A DNA stretch of 64,000 bases from an uncultured Candidatus Saccharibacteria bacterium (GTDB lineage Bacteria; Patescibacteriota; Minisyncoccia; UBA6257; JACRHY01), in NCBI GenBank assembly GCA_964360035.1, contig CAYHUJ010000001.1, positions 2,176 to 66,175 of the forward strand, given 5' to 3'. Both the position numbers and the translations under genes were made by a program. Positions 27,481 to 37,449 of this stretch are shown one piece after another (positions within the stretch are counted from its first letter, which is position 1; each line of letters opens with the position of its first letter). Below the pieces are notes generated by a model that saw only the letters and a list, made by a program, of their open reading frames with translations, was not told where the DNA came from and did no database searches.

Positions 27481-28626
27481 ATGAACGAAATTCGGGTCGG
27501 GATGACCGGCGGCGGCACCGGCGGGCATATTTATCCGCTCATAGCCGTTTCCCAAAAACTTCAGGAACTGGCCGGAGAGCGGGGACTGGCCGCGAGAATT
27601 CGCTATTTCGGAAAAGCCGGCTCATACGCCGCCGCTTTTTCAGACAGCGGCGTGGAGATTTCTTCCGTTGTTTCATCAAAATTGAGACGTTATTTTTCTC
27701 CGGCCAACGTTTTGGAATTTCCGAAATTTATCGCCGGTTTTTTTGAGGCGCTGTTTAAATTGCTCGTCTTTATGCCCGATGTTCTGTTTTCCAAAGGGGG
27801 GCCGGGCGCGCTGGCGGTGATTTTAGCGGCCCGCTTTTACCGCATTCCCGTCATAATCCACGAATCGGACAGCGTTCCGGGATTGACCGGCGTCGTCTCC
27901 GCCCGTTTCGCCCAAAAAATCGCCGTCGCTTTCGCCGGAGCTTCCCGATATTTTCGCGAACAAGACCAGCCGAAAATCGCCCTGCTCGGCAACCCGATAA
28001 GAAGCGAGCTTCTGAAAAGCGGCGCCGGCAAAGAAGAAGCGAAAGAAAGTTTGGGATTCAATCCCAAGTATTACGTCATTTTGGCGCTCGGCGGTTCGCA
28101 GGGATCAACCCGCCTGAACGAATTCCTGCTGGACAACGCCGAACCGCTGGCAAAAATGGCGCAGGTTCTTCACCAGACCGGCGTTAAAAATTACGGCGAA
28201 ATAGCGCGGGAGCTTAAAATTTCCTTAAGATACGCGGGCGAGGAAGAGAAGAAATCATACCGCGCGGTTCCATACCTGGAACAGGACATGAAAACGGCCA
28301 TGACCGCCGCCGATTTGATAGTGTCGCGCGCGGGCGCCGGCGCCATTTTTGAAATCGCCGCTCTGGGAAAACCATCCATTCTCATACCTTTGACGGAATC
28401 CGCCAAAGATCACCAGAAGATGAATGCTTACGAATATTCCAAAACCGGCGCCGCCGTCGTCATTGAGGAAGAAAATCTTTTGCCGCATGTTTTTCAGGGC
28501 ATAGTTTTTGACCTGATAAACCATCCGGAAAAACTCAAGGAAATGGGGGAGAGGGCCGGGCATTTTTCCAAACCGGACGCCGCCGAAAACATCGCCAAAG
28601 AAATTTTTATCCTTGCGTTAAGATAA
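27481..28626 (+). CDS. murG: Lipid II GlcNAc transferase MurG
   Basis: GGGTGGHIYP, HESD, GNPIR, GGSQG and SRAGA. Confidence 0.96.
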   Translation: MNEIRVGMTGGGTGGHIYPLIAVSQKLQELAGERGLAARIRYFGKAGSYAAAFSDSGVEISSVVSSKLRRYFSPANVLEFPKFIAGFFEALFKLLVFMPDVLFSKGGPGALAVILAARFYRIPVIIHESDSVPGLTGVVSARFAQKIAVAFAGASRYFREQDQPKIALLGNPIRSELLKSGAGKEEAKESLGFNPKYYVILALGGSQGSTRLNEFLLDNAEPLAKMAQVLHQTGVKNYGEIARELKISLRYAGEEEKKSYRAVPYLEQDMKTAMTAADLIVSRAGAGAIFEIAALGKPSILIPLTESAKDHQKMNAYEYSKTGAAVVIEEENLLPHVFQGIVFDLINHPEKLKEMGERAGHFSKPDAAENIAKEIFILALR

Positions 28627-28629
28627 ATC

Positions 28630-30063
28630 ATGATTTCCAAAGAAACGGAAAACGTAAGAGTGCGCATCGCGCCGTCGCCGACGGGACCCTTTCACATCGG
28701 CACGGCCCGAACGGCGCTTTTTAATTGGCTGTTCGCCAAAAGCCGCGGCGGGAAATTCATCCTGCGCATTGAAGACACCGATCTTGAACGCTCCGACCCG
28801 ATTTACGAAAAAGACATCATCAAAGGATTGGAATGGTTGGGGCTCAAGTGGGATGAAGGTCCCTATCGCCAAAGCGAACGCCTGGATATCTACGAAAAAT
28901 ACGTCCGCAAACTTCTGGAGGAAAAAAAGGCCTATTATTGTTTTTGCTCCAAAGAAGAACTGGAAAGCGACCGGGAGGCGATGCTTTCGCAGGGTTTGGC
29001 TCCCAAATACAGCGGCAAGTGCCGGAATTTGAGCGAAGAAGAAAGAAAAACGCTGGCAGCCAAGAAAAGCTCCGTCATCCGTTTTAAAACCCCCGCCGCC
29101 TCTGTCGCTTTCAACGACTCCGTTCGCGGCCACATCGTCTTTGATTCTTCTTTAATAGGCGACATGGTGATAGCCAAAAATCCGAGAACGCCGCTTTACA
29201 ACTTCGCCGTCGTCATTGACGATTTTGAAATGAACATATCCCACGTCATCCGCGGAGAAGATCACGTCGCGAATACTCCGAAGCAGATTCTTCTTCAGGA
29301 AGCGCTGGGATTTTCCCGGCCGCATTACGCTCATTTGCCGCTTATACTGTCAAAAGACCGCAGTAAGCTTTCCAAACGGTACGCGGAAACGTCTTTGAAC
29401 GATTATGTCAACGAGGGGTATCTGCCGGAAGCCGTCGTCAATTTTTTGACGCTTCTCGGCTGGCATCCGACCGAAGACAGGGAAATAATTTCCGCCGAAG
29501 AAACGATAAAAGATTTTTCGCTGAAACGGGTGCAGAAAGCCGGCGCCGTTTTCAACATTGAAAAACTCAACTGGCTCAACGCCCAATACGCCAAAATCGT
29601 TCCGGATGAACGCCTTTTTGAACTTTTGCGGCCGTTTATCCAAAATAAAGAGTGGATCGGCGAGAAGGAAAAAATTTTGAAAATAATCGTCGTGGAAAAA
29701 GGCAGGATGAAATTGCTTTCCGATTTTCCGCCGTTAGCGGAAATGTATTTCCGCTTGCCCGATTACGCTCCGGAAATGCTGATTTGGCAGAATACTTCAA
29801 AAGAGATTTCCGCGGCGGCGCTGCGGGAAGCCGTGAAGGTTTTGGCCGCCTTTGAAAAGGAGCGGTTTTCCGCGCCGGATTTGGAAAAGTTTTTGGCTCC
29901 GCTGGCCGAAAAATACGGGAAAGGAGGAATTTTTTGGCCGCTGCGGATGGCTCTTTCCGGGCAAAAAAACTCCGCCGGCCCGTTGGAAATAATGGCGGTT
30001 TTGGGAAAAGACGAGTCGTTGCGCCGTCTTGACGTAGCCGCGGAAAAATTAAATCATTCTTGA
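28630..30063 (+). CDS. gltX: Glutamate--tRNA ligase
   Basis: APSPTG..HIG, RIEDTD, IRGEDH and KLSKR. Confidence 0.97.
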   Translation: MISKETENVRVRIAPSPTGPFHIGTARTALFNWLFAKSRGGKFILRIEDTDLERSDPIYEKDIIKGLEWLGLKWDEGPYRQSERLDIYEKYVRKLLEEKKAYYCFCSKEELESDREAMLSQGLAPKYSGKCRNLSEEERKTLAAKKSSVIRFKTPAASVAFNDSVRGHIVFDSSLIGDMVIAKNPRTPLYNFAVVIDDFEMNISHVIRGEDHVANTPKQILLQEALGFSRPHYAHLPLILSKDRSKLSKRYAETSLNDYVNEGYLPEAVVNFLTLLGWHPTEDREIISAEETIKDFSLKRVQKAGAVFNIEKLNWLNAQYAKIVPDERLFELLRPFIQNKEWIGEKEKILKIIVVEKGRMKLLSDFPPLAEMYFRLPDYAPEMLIWQNTSKEISAAALREAVKVLAAFEKERFSAPDLEKFLAPLAEKYGKGGIFWPLRMALSGQKNSAGPLEIMAVLGKDESLRRLDVAAEKLNHS

Positions 30064-30072
30064 AATTCACAA

Positions 30073-31368
30073 ATGACTTGCCGCAGTCCGCTGAAAACAA
30101 TGATTTTCGCGATTTTGGCCTTAATCGCGATTTGGAAATTGGAAATCGGAACTCCCGCTTTGGGTGCCGCTCCCCGGGAGCTTTTTGACGCCATTGAGGC
30201 TAAAAACAAAGAACTGGCGGAAATAAGCCGGCAGCGGCAGGAAGCCCAGAAAAATCTTCAGGAAACGGTCAGCGAAAGCCGCGTGCTGACGAAACAAATC
30301 CAGAATATCGGCAATAACCTGAATCAGCTCAATCTCGGCATAAAATCCAGCGAAATAAAAATCCAAAAGCTTAATTTGGAAACGAATTCGCTCAATTACG
30401 ACATTACCGACATAGAAGAGGGGATAGACGGCAAAAAGGAGGCCGTTGTTAAAATACTGCGGGAAATACAGCAAAAAGACGAGGACAATCTTCTGACCAT
30501 TTTTCTTAAAAACGGCACCTTGGCCGACGGCATTTCGGAAATCCAGGGCCTGTCCGAACTGAATGTCGGCTTATCGGCGGAAATCAAAAATCTGAAAAAT
30601 TTAGGCGACGCCCTTAACGAAAAACTGGAGTCGGTTACCGCCAAAAAGGAAGAGACGGAGCGGGAAAACGGAAATTTGAGAAATAAAAAGGCGATTTCCG
30701 AAGAGCAGAAAAAGGAAAGACAGACGCTTTTCCAGTTAAATAAGAAAAAGGAAGTCGTTTTCCAGCAAAAAATAGAGGAGTTGGAAAAACAGCAGGAAGA
30801 AATCCTGGCCGAAATAGATAAAATTGAAACGGAATTGCGGGCGAAACTTGACCCGTCGCTTATTCCGACCGGCCGCTCCGGCGTTTTAACCTGGCCGGTC
30901 GTCTTAAAAGCGGACGGCGGCTTCGGCGTTATTTCGCAGAATTTCGGAAACCGCTCGGCCTTTTACGGCGGCAAGCCGCACAATGGGATGGACATCGCCG
31001 CTCCCATGGGAACGGAAATATTCGCGGCCGATAACGGCACAGTGGCGGCCGTCGGCAATACCGACGAATACTGTCCGCCGCGCTGGTACGGCAAGAAAAA
31101 ATACGGCGGCTCTTACGGAAAATATGTCGTCGTCAAACATAGCAATAATTTAACGACGATGTACGCCCATCTTTCGCGGCAGGCCGTCGGCGTCGGCGAC
31201 GCCGTCAGAAGAGGGGAGATTATCGGCTACGTCGGCAGCACCGGCCTTTCCACCGGCTCGCATCTTCACTTTACCGTTTACGCCTCTCCCAGCTTTTACG
31301 TCGGGCCGAGCAACACCTGCGGCCTCCAGCCGTACGGCGCTTCTCTTGATCCGGCAAATTATCTATAA
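30073..31368 (+). CDS. Coiled-coil plus M23 peptidase (EnvC/NlpD-like)
   Basis: HNGMD, YAHL and STGSHLHF. Confidence 0.9.
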   Translation: MTCRSPLKTMIFAILALIAIWKLEIGTPALGAAPRELFDAIEAKNKELAEISRQRQEAQKNLQETVSESRVLTKQIQNIGNNLNQLNLGIKSSEIKIQKLNLETNSLNYDITDIEEGIDGKKEAVVKILREIQQKDEDNLLTIFLKNGTLADGISEIQGLSELNVGLSAEIKNLKNLGDALNEKLESVTAKKEETERENGNLRNKKAISEEQKKERQTLFQLNKKKEVVFQQKIEELEKQQEEILAEIDKIETELRAKLDPSLIPTGRSGVLTWPVVLKADGGFGVISQNFGNRSAFYGGKPHNGMDIAAPMGTEIFAADNGTVAAVGNTDEYCPPRWYGKKKYGGSYGKYVVVKHSNNLTTMYAHLSRQAVGVGDAVRRGEIIGYVGSTGLSTGSHLHFTVYASPSFYVGPSNTCGLQPYGASLDPANYL

Positions 31369-31392
31369 TTAAAGGTAAATAAATCAGTCATA

Positions 31393-31818
31393 ATGAAAAC
31401 GGCGGAAAAAATAGGGATAATGGCTTTTATCGTCGCGGTATTTCTCGGCGTCCATTTTTGGGATGTTCAAGCGCAGAGCGAAACGCCGAGCGCGCCGCCT
31501 CCGGCCGGCGATTCAATCAGTAAGCCGTTTGAAGAAGTAGGCGGGGCATTCCGGAAATTTCTTTCCATTACGGAAAAAATAAATATCAATCCTCTTAATC
31601 TGCCGTTCGCGGATAAAATCGCGGCGGCGATTCCTCGTTCCACCGATGAAGCCGTTGAGCTTGTCAGAAGAATCGGCGAAGCGGGGAAATCGGCCGCAAA
31701 GCCCCTTGATTCATTTGCTGACGCTTACACCTATCCGGTTCTTGATTTGTTCGTTAAGGCGGCCGTTTTCGTTCTGGACCGGCTCGGCAATCTTTTCCGT
31801 TACGTTTTCGGGGTATAA
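31393..31818 (+). CDS. Hypothetical exported protein
   Basis: Signal-peptide-like N-terminus; follows the M23 gene. Confidence 0.6.
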   Translation: MKTAEKIGIMAFIVAVFLGVHFWDVQAQSETPSAPPPAGDSISKPFEEVGGAFRKFLSITEKININPLNLPFADKIAAAIPRSTDEAVELVRRIGEAGKSAAKPLDSFADAYTYPVLDLFVKAAVFVLDRLGNLFRYVFGV

Positions 31819-31941
31819 AGCGCGCCCCGGGTCCCGTAAGGCGGCACGGGTCAAAGTTGACCGGGAAGCCGAATTTTGCTATAAACGTAATCAGCAAGCC
31901 GGTTCTTTGACGTTATAAAAACGCATCCAAGGAGGTTGGAA

Positions 31942-32379
31942 ATGGCGCGACAAAATTCGACGGCATCGGCATTGTTTCTCTCAGTCGCCATACTCATAAC
32001 TCTATTAGGACTCACGTTCATTCTGGCGCTTTCTCAAGGATTGTGGATAAAGGGGGTCTTTTCCGATGGGACGACTCCGAAAGAAATAAAGTCGCTGTTA
32101 ACGAAAATTGAACAAAATGTTTTACTCGCCGCCGCCGCCGCGCGAAAAATCCCGGCCGCGGAAAAACAACGGCGCGTCAATGATGAGCTCTACGCGCTGT
32201 TTGCCAAAACGCGGGAACTTCAGGAGAGGGTGGAGCGCGTAGAGAAGGGCGGGTTCGGCTTTTTGGGGCCGATTTTGGATGAGGCGGGGAAAATTATCTT
32301 TGAACTGGATATCATCATCGCCGAAATAATCTCCGCTACCGCCGATTTTTCCAAATACCATCAGGCAAAATTGGCCTGA
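31942..32379 (+). CDS. Orphan membrane-anchored helical protein
   Basis: TTGACC-17-TATAAA promoter, GTTCTTTGAC motif, AAGGAGG SD, terminator at 32393-32415. Confidence 0.65.
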   Translation: MARQNSTASALFLSVAILITLLGLTFILALSQGLWIKGVFSDGTTPKEIKSLLTKIEQNVLLAAAAARKIPAAEKQRRVNDELYALFAKTRELQERVERVEKGGFGFLGPILDEAGKIIFELDIIIAEIISATADFSKYHQAKLA

Positions 32380-32392
32380 AATTGAACTTGAC

Positions 32393-32415
32393 GACTCCCG
32401 CGGGGGAGTCTTTTT
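32393..32415 (+). terminator. Intrinsic terminator
   Basis: GACTCCC-GCGG-GGGAGTC-TTTTT. Confidence 0.7.
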
Positions 32416-32636
32416 ATTCGGTTTTTCGTGCGTTATATAATATCGTTCACTGTCTGTATTATCTGTCGCACAAGATATATTTTGCGACAGATATATGAAG
32501 ACGGGCTTCCCGTGGTCTCCCTCATCTCCTCGGTGGAATTCGCCGAAGCAACTTAAAAATATGAAATACGCGCCTCGACTAACCGGCGACGGCGTGCTAC
32601 TATGTTGCCTGTTCGCGGTTTTATGTTTATTTTATC

Positions 32637-33410
32637 ATGAACGGATTTTTAAGCGCCGAAAAATTTTGGGAAGAAAGCGGCTATCTGGTGGACGGCCGAT
32701 GGTATCCCCGCGTTACCAAAATCGTTAACATCAAGGCTAAGCCGGCGCTTTATCGTTTTTACGCCGAAATGGAAAGTTTCGGCCATGGTGAAAAAGTAGT
32801 GAAAATTTCCGCCGCCGAAGGCACGCTGATTCACGAAACGGCGCAAGCCATTATGCTCGGTAAAAATCCGCCCGTTGCTCCGGCCATCGCCCCGGCCATC
32901 AAGGCCTTCGTCGCTTTTTTTGAACAAAACGACATCAGAGTCAACGAAGAATTCGTGGAAAAGCGCGTTATGGACGACGAGTATCGCTACGCCGGAACAA
33001 TAGACGCCCTGGCTCTCATTGACGGAAAACTCGGAGTTTTGGACATTAAAACGTCACAGGCGGTTTACCGCGATTATAATCTCCAGACGTCCGCTTACGT
33101 CAAAGCGCTGAGAAGCAATTTTCAAAATCTGGCCGTCCGTTGGATTTTAAGGATAGATCAGGCGCAGACATGCGGCCGATGCGGAGCGACCCTGCGGACC
33201 AAAGGAGGAAGAAAAAAGATAAAATCGGACTGGCGCTCTCCCCTGCCGGCTTGTCCGGAAAGCGAACACGAATGGCGGGAAGCGAAAGGAATAGTTGAAT
33301 TGAAAGAATTTCCCCGCTGGGAAAGCGACTTCGGCGGCTTTCTGGGAGCGAAAACGCTGTGGGAGTGGGAAAACGAGGAAATCCTTAAAAAAATCGGCTA
33401 TCTGCGGTAA
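32637..33410 (+). CDS. PD-(D/E)XK nuclease (phage exonuclease/Cas4-like) with Zn-ligand insert
   Basis: GTLIH, YAGTIDAL, LDIKTS, LQTSAY; CGRCG...C....H. Confidence 0.85.
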   Translation: MNGFLSAEKFWEESGYLVDGRWYPRVTKIVNIKAKPALYRFYAEMESFGHGEKVVKISAAEGTLIHETAQAIMLGKNPPVAPAIAPAIKAFVAFFEQNDIRVNEEFVEKRVMDDEYRYAGTIDALALIDGKLGVLDIKTSQAVYRDYNLQTSAYVKALRSNFQNLAVRWILRIDQAQTCGRCGATLRTKGGRKKIKSDWRSPLPACPESEHEWREAKGIVELKEFPRWESDFGGFLGAKTLWEWENEEILKKIGYLR

Positions 33411-33434
33411 ATTTCCGTCCCGCGCGAAGCCGTT

Positions 33435-33605
33435 TTAGGCGGAGCATTTCTCAATGATAATGGGCGTTTTTTGAAATCGCCGGGCGGCCAAAAACCCGGC
33501 CCCGAAACTCAAAAGAATCAGCAGAAAGACCACGATGAAAACGAGAACTTCCCGGCGGCGTTCCCGGAAAAAATTAACGGTTCGGTAATAATATGTTGAC
33601 ACCAT
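33435..33605 (-). CDS. Small single-TM protein (56 aa, MVSTYYY...LLSFGAGFL...PIIIEKCSA), not in the ORF track
   Basis: Translated by hand; TATAAT just upstream; clean TM helix. Confidence 0.55.
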   Translation of the reverse strand: MVSTYYYRTVNFFRERRREVLVFIVVFLLILLSFGAGFLAARRFQKTPIIIEKCSA

Positions 33606-33668
33606 CTCATTGCTTATTATATACTTTTTACATTAGAAATAAATCGCTTTATATTTTAATTAAAACCT

Positions 33669-33941
33669 ATGGCGCATACTAAATCGGGCGGAACAGTAAA
33701 AAACGGACGGGATTCCGCCGGTAAACGGCTGGGAGTCAAGAAATACGACGGAGAAACGATCAAAGTCGGCGCGATTATCATTCGCCAGCGCGGCACGAGA
33801 TTTGTCGCCGGATTAAACGTCAAAGAAGGCAGCGACAACACTCTTTACGCCGTCAAATCCGGAACAATCAAATTCGCGCCGCAAAGAAAGACGAATTTCA
33901 ACGGCGACAAAAAGACGGTTAATCTTGTGAGCGTACTGTAA
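33669..33941 (+). CDS. rpmA: 50S ribosomal protein L27
   Basis: [21 protein letters not shown] and IIRQRGT. Confidence 0.97.
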   Translation: MAHTKSGGTVKNGRDSAGKRLGVKKYDGETIKVGAIIIRQRGTRFVAGLNVKEGSDNTLYAVKSGTIKFAPQRKTNFNGDKKTVNLVSVL

Positions 33942-34380
33942 TCCCGGCCTCTTTTTTAATTCCTTCTCCGAAATCAATCAAGATAACGTGTTTGCCGAGC
34001 GTTTTTATCGGCCGTTCCAGAATAACCGAGGGTTTCCGGCGGAATTTTTTCTCGTATTCGGAAAATCGCGAAGCAAGCGCTTTTTCCGCGTCCGCGCGGC
34101 TCACGGACCCGAAAGCGTCGTTTTTCGCGCCGATTTTCAGGCGGAATTCCGGCGGATTTTTTTGGAGTTCGGCGATAAGCTCTTCCACCGCTTTCATCGC
34201 CGCCTCTTTCCGTTCTTCCGTTTCCGCGAGCAGCGTTTTCAATTTGCTCTCGTTTCTTTCCCCGGCGGGAGTTGCCAATCCGCGGGGAAGGAGAAAATTC
34301 TTGGCGTAGCCGTCGGAAACTTCCTTGATTTCGTTTTTTCTTCCGACTCCTTTGACGTCTTGCAGAAAAATAACTTTCAT
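33919..34380 (-). CDS. rplI: 50S ribosomal protein L9
   Basis: [25 protein letters not shown] and FGSVS. Confidence 0.96.
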   Translation of the reverse strand: MKVIFLQDVKGVGRKNEIKEVSDGYAKNFLLPRGLATPAGERNESKLKTLLAETEERKEAAMKAVEELIAELQKNPPEFRLKIGAKNDAFGSVSRADAEKALASRFSEYEKKFRRKPSVILERPIKTLGKHVILIDFGEGIKKEAGITVRSQD

Positions 34381-35625
34381 CTATAAAACGTACAAAATGT
34401 TTGATTTGGCCATTTCCTCTTGCAAAATCTCCATCGCTTTTTCCAATTGGGGATCGCGCCCGCTCTCGGCGTCCTTTTCGGTGATTTCCGTTTTGTAATC
34501 CGGTTCCAGTCCCACCTTGTCAATGCGGCCGCCTTTGGGCATGAGCCATTCGGCTACCGATATTTTCAAAGAAGCGCCACCGGGCAGATTGCGCAGTTCC
34601 TGGACGACGCCTTTCCCGAAACTTTTTTCTCCCACCAGTTTTACGCCGCGGACGTCCCGCAGGGCGCCGGCTAAAATTTCCGACGCGGAAGCCGAACCTT
34701 CGTTTGTCAAAACGACCAGCGGAAGTTTTTTGAGCGCCTCATTGCCGTTCGCGCGGAACAGACGGACGTCGCCGGAGCTGAACTTTTCCTGAACAACCAC
34801 CTCTCCCCTGTCCAAAAACCATCCCGCGAGAGAAACGGCGACCTCCAAGTAGCCGCCCGGATTGTTGCGTAAATCCAAAACCATACCGCGCAACCCCCCG
34901 GAAAACGCTTCCGACATCACGCCGTAAAACGCGGTTCCGGCGTTTTCGTTGAAGTTATACAACTGAACGTAAGCGATTCCGCCGTCTTTCATTTCCAGAT
35001 CAACGGTCGGAATGATAATGGCGTCTCTTTTTATGGATATTGGTTTGGGAGCGTCCCACTCGTCGCGCAAAATCGTCAGAACGACGACCGTATCTTTCGG
35101 CCCCCTGATAAGCTTTACGGCTCTATCAACAGCCATGTCAAACGTGGCCGTTTCGTCTATTTTCAAAATTTTATCGCCCGCTTTAATGCCCGCGCGCTCC
35201 GCCGGGCTGTTTTTAAGCGGCGCAACGATAATGAGCTGTTTGTTGCGAATGCCTATTTCGGCGCCGATGCCGGTAAAACTGCCGTTAATGTCGTCGCTGA
35301 ACTTCTTTGCGTCTTCCGGCGGAAAAAACACCGAATAGGGATCGTCAAGAGAGTTGACCATTCCGCTGACGGCGCCGTAAACGAGATCCTGGTCTTTGAC
35401 CTCGCTCTTTTTAACGAAATCGGATTTCACGGTTTTCCAGACCTCCCAAAAAATGCCGAAATCAACGTCGGCCGTTTCGCTTTCGGCGTTTTTTATCCCC
35501 AAAATCACCGGCGGCGTTTGGGCTTCGCCGAATCTGAATCCCAGATAAAAAACACCCGAACCGCAAAGCCAGATAAAAACGGCTATCGCCGCGTATTTCG
35601 CCATTTTCTTCATAGTATCCGTCAT
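34381..35625 (-). CDS. ctpA: S41 C-terminal processing protease (PDZ)
   Basis: LDDPYS, GIGAEI, DLRNNPGG, SASASE and FGKG. Confidence 0.92.
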   Translation of the reverse strand: MTDTMKKMAKYAAIAVFIWLCGSGVFYLGFRFGEAQTPPVILGIKNAESETADVDFGIFWEVWKTVKSDFVKKSEVKDQDLVYGAVSGMVNSLDDPYSVFFPPEDAKKFSDDINGSFTGIGAEIGIRNKQLIIVAPLKNSPAERAGIKAGDKILKIDETATFDMAVDRAVKLIRGPKDTVVVLTILRDEWDAPKPISIKRDAIIIPTVDLEMKDGGIAYVQLYNFNENAGTAFYGVMSEAFSGGLRGMVLDLRNNPGGYLEVAVSLAGWFLDRGEVVVQEKFSSGDVRLFRANGNEALKKLPLVVLTNEGSASASEILAGALRDVRGVKLVGEKSFGKGVVQELRNLPGGASLKISVAEWLMPKGGRIDKVGLEPDYKTEITEKDAESGRDPQLEKAMEILQEEMAKSNILYVL

Positions 35626-35695
35626 TTTACTTTAAAAAGACGCGTTTGCCAACTAATGGCGCTCCGCCGGAGGTCTTGTGTTATAATGGAAGCAA

Positions 35696-35962
35696 ATGAC
35701 GACGCTGGAGTCCGCCGAAAACTACCTGGAAACTCTCAAAAATCGCGGCAAAAAAAGCCGCGTTTACCGCAATTACCAGCTTATCGGACTGGAAATCGCC
35801 CTTCTTCTTGACGACGAAAAACACAAATCGCTCTATATTAAACTGGCCAAAGAAGGCGACCCGCAGGAACTGATCCGTCTCGCCAAAGAAGTCGCCACGC
35901 GAAAGCGGGCGAAAAACAAAGGCGGATATTTTATGAAGCTTCTGAAATCGCCGAAACATTGA
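35696..35962 (+). CDS. Small hypothetical protein (LDDEKHKSLYIKLAK...NKGGYFM)
   Basis: TG-TATAAT promoter 8 nt before the ATG; precedes def. Confidence 0.7.
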   Translation: MTTLESAENYLETLKNRGKKSRVYRNYQLIGLEIALLLDDEKHKSLYIKLAKEGDPQELIRLAKEVATRKRAKNKGGYFMKLLKSPKH

Positions 35963-35996
35963 CCGAGCCGCGCCGGATAATTAAGATAAATCCGTT

Positions 35997-36479
35997 ATGA
36001 TAAACCGCATCTGGACGATTAACGATAAAAAAGAAGAAAAACTTCTGCGGAAGAAAACCGCGGATTTTGATTTCGCGAAATTCTCCAGAAAGGAAATCTC
36101 CGCTCTTATCACGGAAATGCGCGAGGCGATGAAAGCCGCCGACGGCATCGGCCTTTCCGCCAATCAGATAGGCCTGGATCTCAATGTTTTCGTCTGCCGG
36201 GCGGAAGGCAAATTTTACGCCGTTTTTAATTCTCAAATAGTCAAGCAATCCGGCGAAAAAATCTCTTTTGACGAAGGGTGTTTGAGCGTTCCCCGAAAAT
36301 TCGGCGGCGTAGAAAGATCGGAGCATGTTACTATCGTCGGTCGGGACCGTAACGGAAGAAAAATAAAAATAAAGGCCTGGGGCCTTCTGGCGAGGATTTT
36401 CCAGCACGAAATAGATCACCTGAACGGGATATTGTTTATTGATAAAGCGAAATTTATTAGAAGCATGAATAACGAATAA
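35997..36479 (+). CDS. def: Peptide deformylase
   Basis: GIGLSANQIG, EGCLS and QHEIDH. Confidence 0.96.
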   Translation: MINRIWTINDKKEEKLLRKKTADFDFAKFSRKEISALITEMREAMKAADGIGLSANQIGLDLNVFVCRAEGKFYAVFNSQIVKQSGEKISFDEGCLSVPRKFGGVERSEHVTIVGRDRNGRKIKIKAWGLLARIFQHEIDHLNGILFIDKAKFIRSMNNE

Positions 36480-37038
36480 AGAATTCGTGAATAACTATTA
36501 AAATCAAAAAAGCTCGTAATTCATGCCTCGTAATTCAAGATTCATATTCTTCGGGACCCCCGAATTCGCCGCCGTTATTCTGGAAAAACTGATAAAAAAC
36601 GGCTTTGTTCCGGCGGCCGTCGTTTGCAATCCAGACCGGCCGGTCGGCCGGAAGAAAATCGTCGCTCCCCCGCCCGTGAAAACGAAAATTATGAATTATG
36701 AAGCAAGAATCAGGGAACAAATTAAAATATTTCAACCGGAAAATCTCCCCGCAATTCATGATGCATTATTCATGCTTCAACCGGATTTTTTTATCGTCGC
36801 CGCTTACGCCAAAATAATTCCCAAGGAAATGCTGAAAATTCCCCGCCTTGGTGCCATCGGCGTCCATCCGTCTCTTTTGCCGAAATACCGCGGCCCCTCC
36901 CCTATTCAGGCGGCCTTGCTCGGCGGAGAGGAAAAAAGCGGCGTTACGCTTTTTCTGATGGACGAAAAAGCGGACCACGGGCCGATTCTCGCGCGGCGGG
37001 AATTGAATTATGAAGCAAGAATCGCGAATTACGAATCG
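36459..37038. repeat. Degenerate 7-bp tandem arrays (TGAATTA/TGAAGCA/AGAATCA family) in both orientations across the def end, the spacer and fmt
   Basis: Arrays at about 36459-36493, 36513-36547, 36685-36719, 36751-36779 and 37004-37038; exact 20-mer at 36692 and 37004. Confidence 0.8.
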
Positions 37039-37449
37039 TTAATGCGGAAATTGGCGGAACTGGGCGCGGATTTGCTGATTGAAGCCCTGCCGGATATTGA
37101 AAATAAAATCAAAAACGCGCGGCCGCAGGACGAATCTCAAGCCACTTATACGAAAAAATTCAAAACCGAAGACGGCTTTGTGGATTTTAACGACCTGAAA
37201 AAGGCTCTGCGCGGAGAAAACGGAGCGGCGGAATCCGTTTGGCGTAAAATTCGCGCTCTTAATCCCGAGCCGGGAGTTTTCACCGTCGCGGAAAAAAACG
37301 GGCAAGAAAAAAGAATCAAGCTTCTTTCCGCCGCGCTTGAAAACGGACGGCTAAAACCGACCGCCGTTCAGCCGGGGGGAAAAAAACCGCTGGTTGATTT
37401 GGCGGCGATAAGGCAATATATTAACCAATATATCAACATTAATGCTTAA
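36523..37449 (+). CDS. fmt: Methionyl-tRNA formyltransferase
   Basis: FFGTPEFA, PDRPVGRK, HPSLLPKYRGPSP; follows def. Confidence 0.95.
   Translation: MPRNSRFIFFGTPEFAAVILEKLIKNGFVPAAVVCNPDRPVGRKKIVAPPPVKTKIMNYEARIREQIKIFQPENLPAIHDALFMLQPDFFIVAAYAKIIPKEMLKIPRLGAIGVHPSLLPKYRGPSPIQAALLGGEEKSGVTLFLMDEKADHGPILARRELNYEARIANYESLMRKLAELGADLLIEALPDIENKIKNARPQDESQATYTKKFKTEDGFVDFNDLKKALRGENGAAESVWRKIRALNPEPGVFTVAEKNGQEKRIKLLSAALENGRLKPTAVQPGGKKPLVDLAAIRQYINQYININA

Noticed and set aside
32637-33410. Cas4-like nuclease as evidence of CRISPR-Cas or a prophage
   Set aside because: Solo gene among housekeeping genes; no array, cas1/cas2 or phage structural genes.
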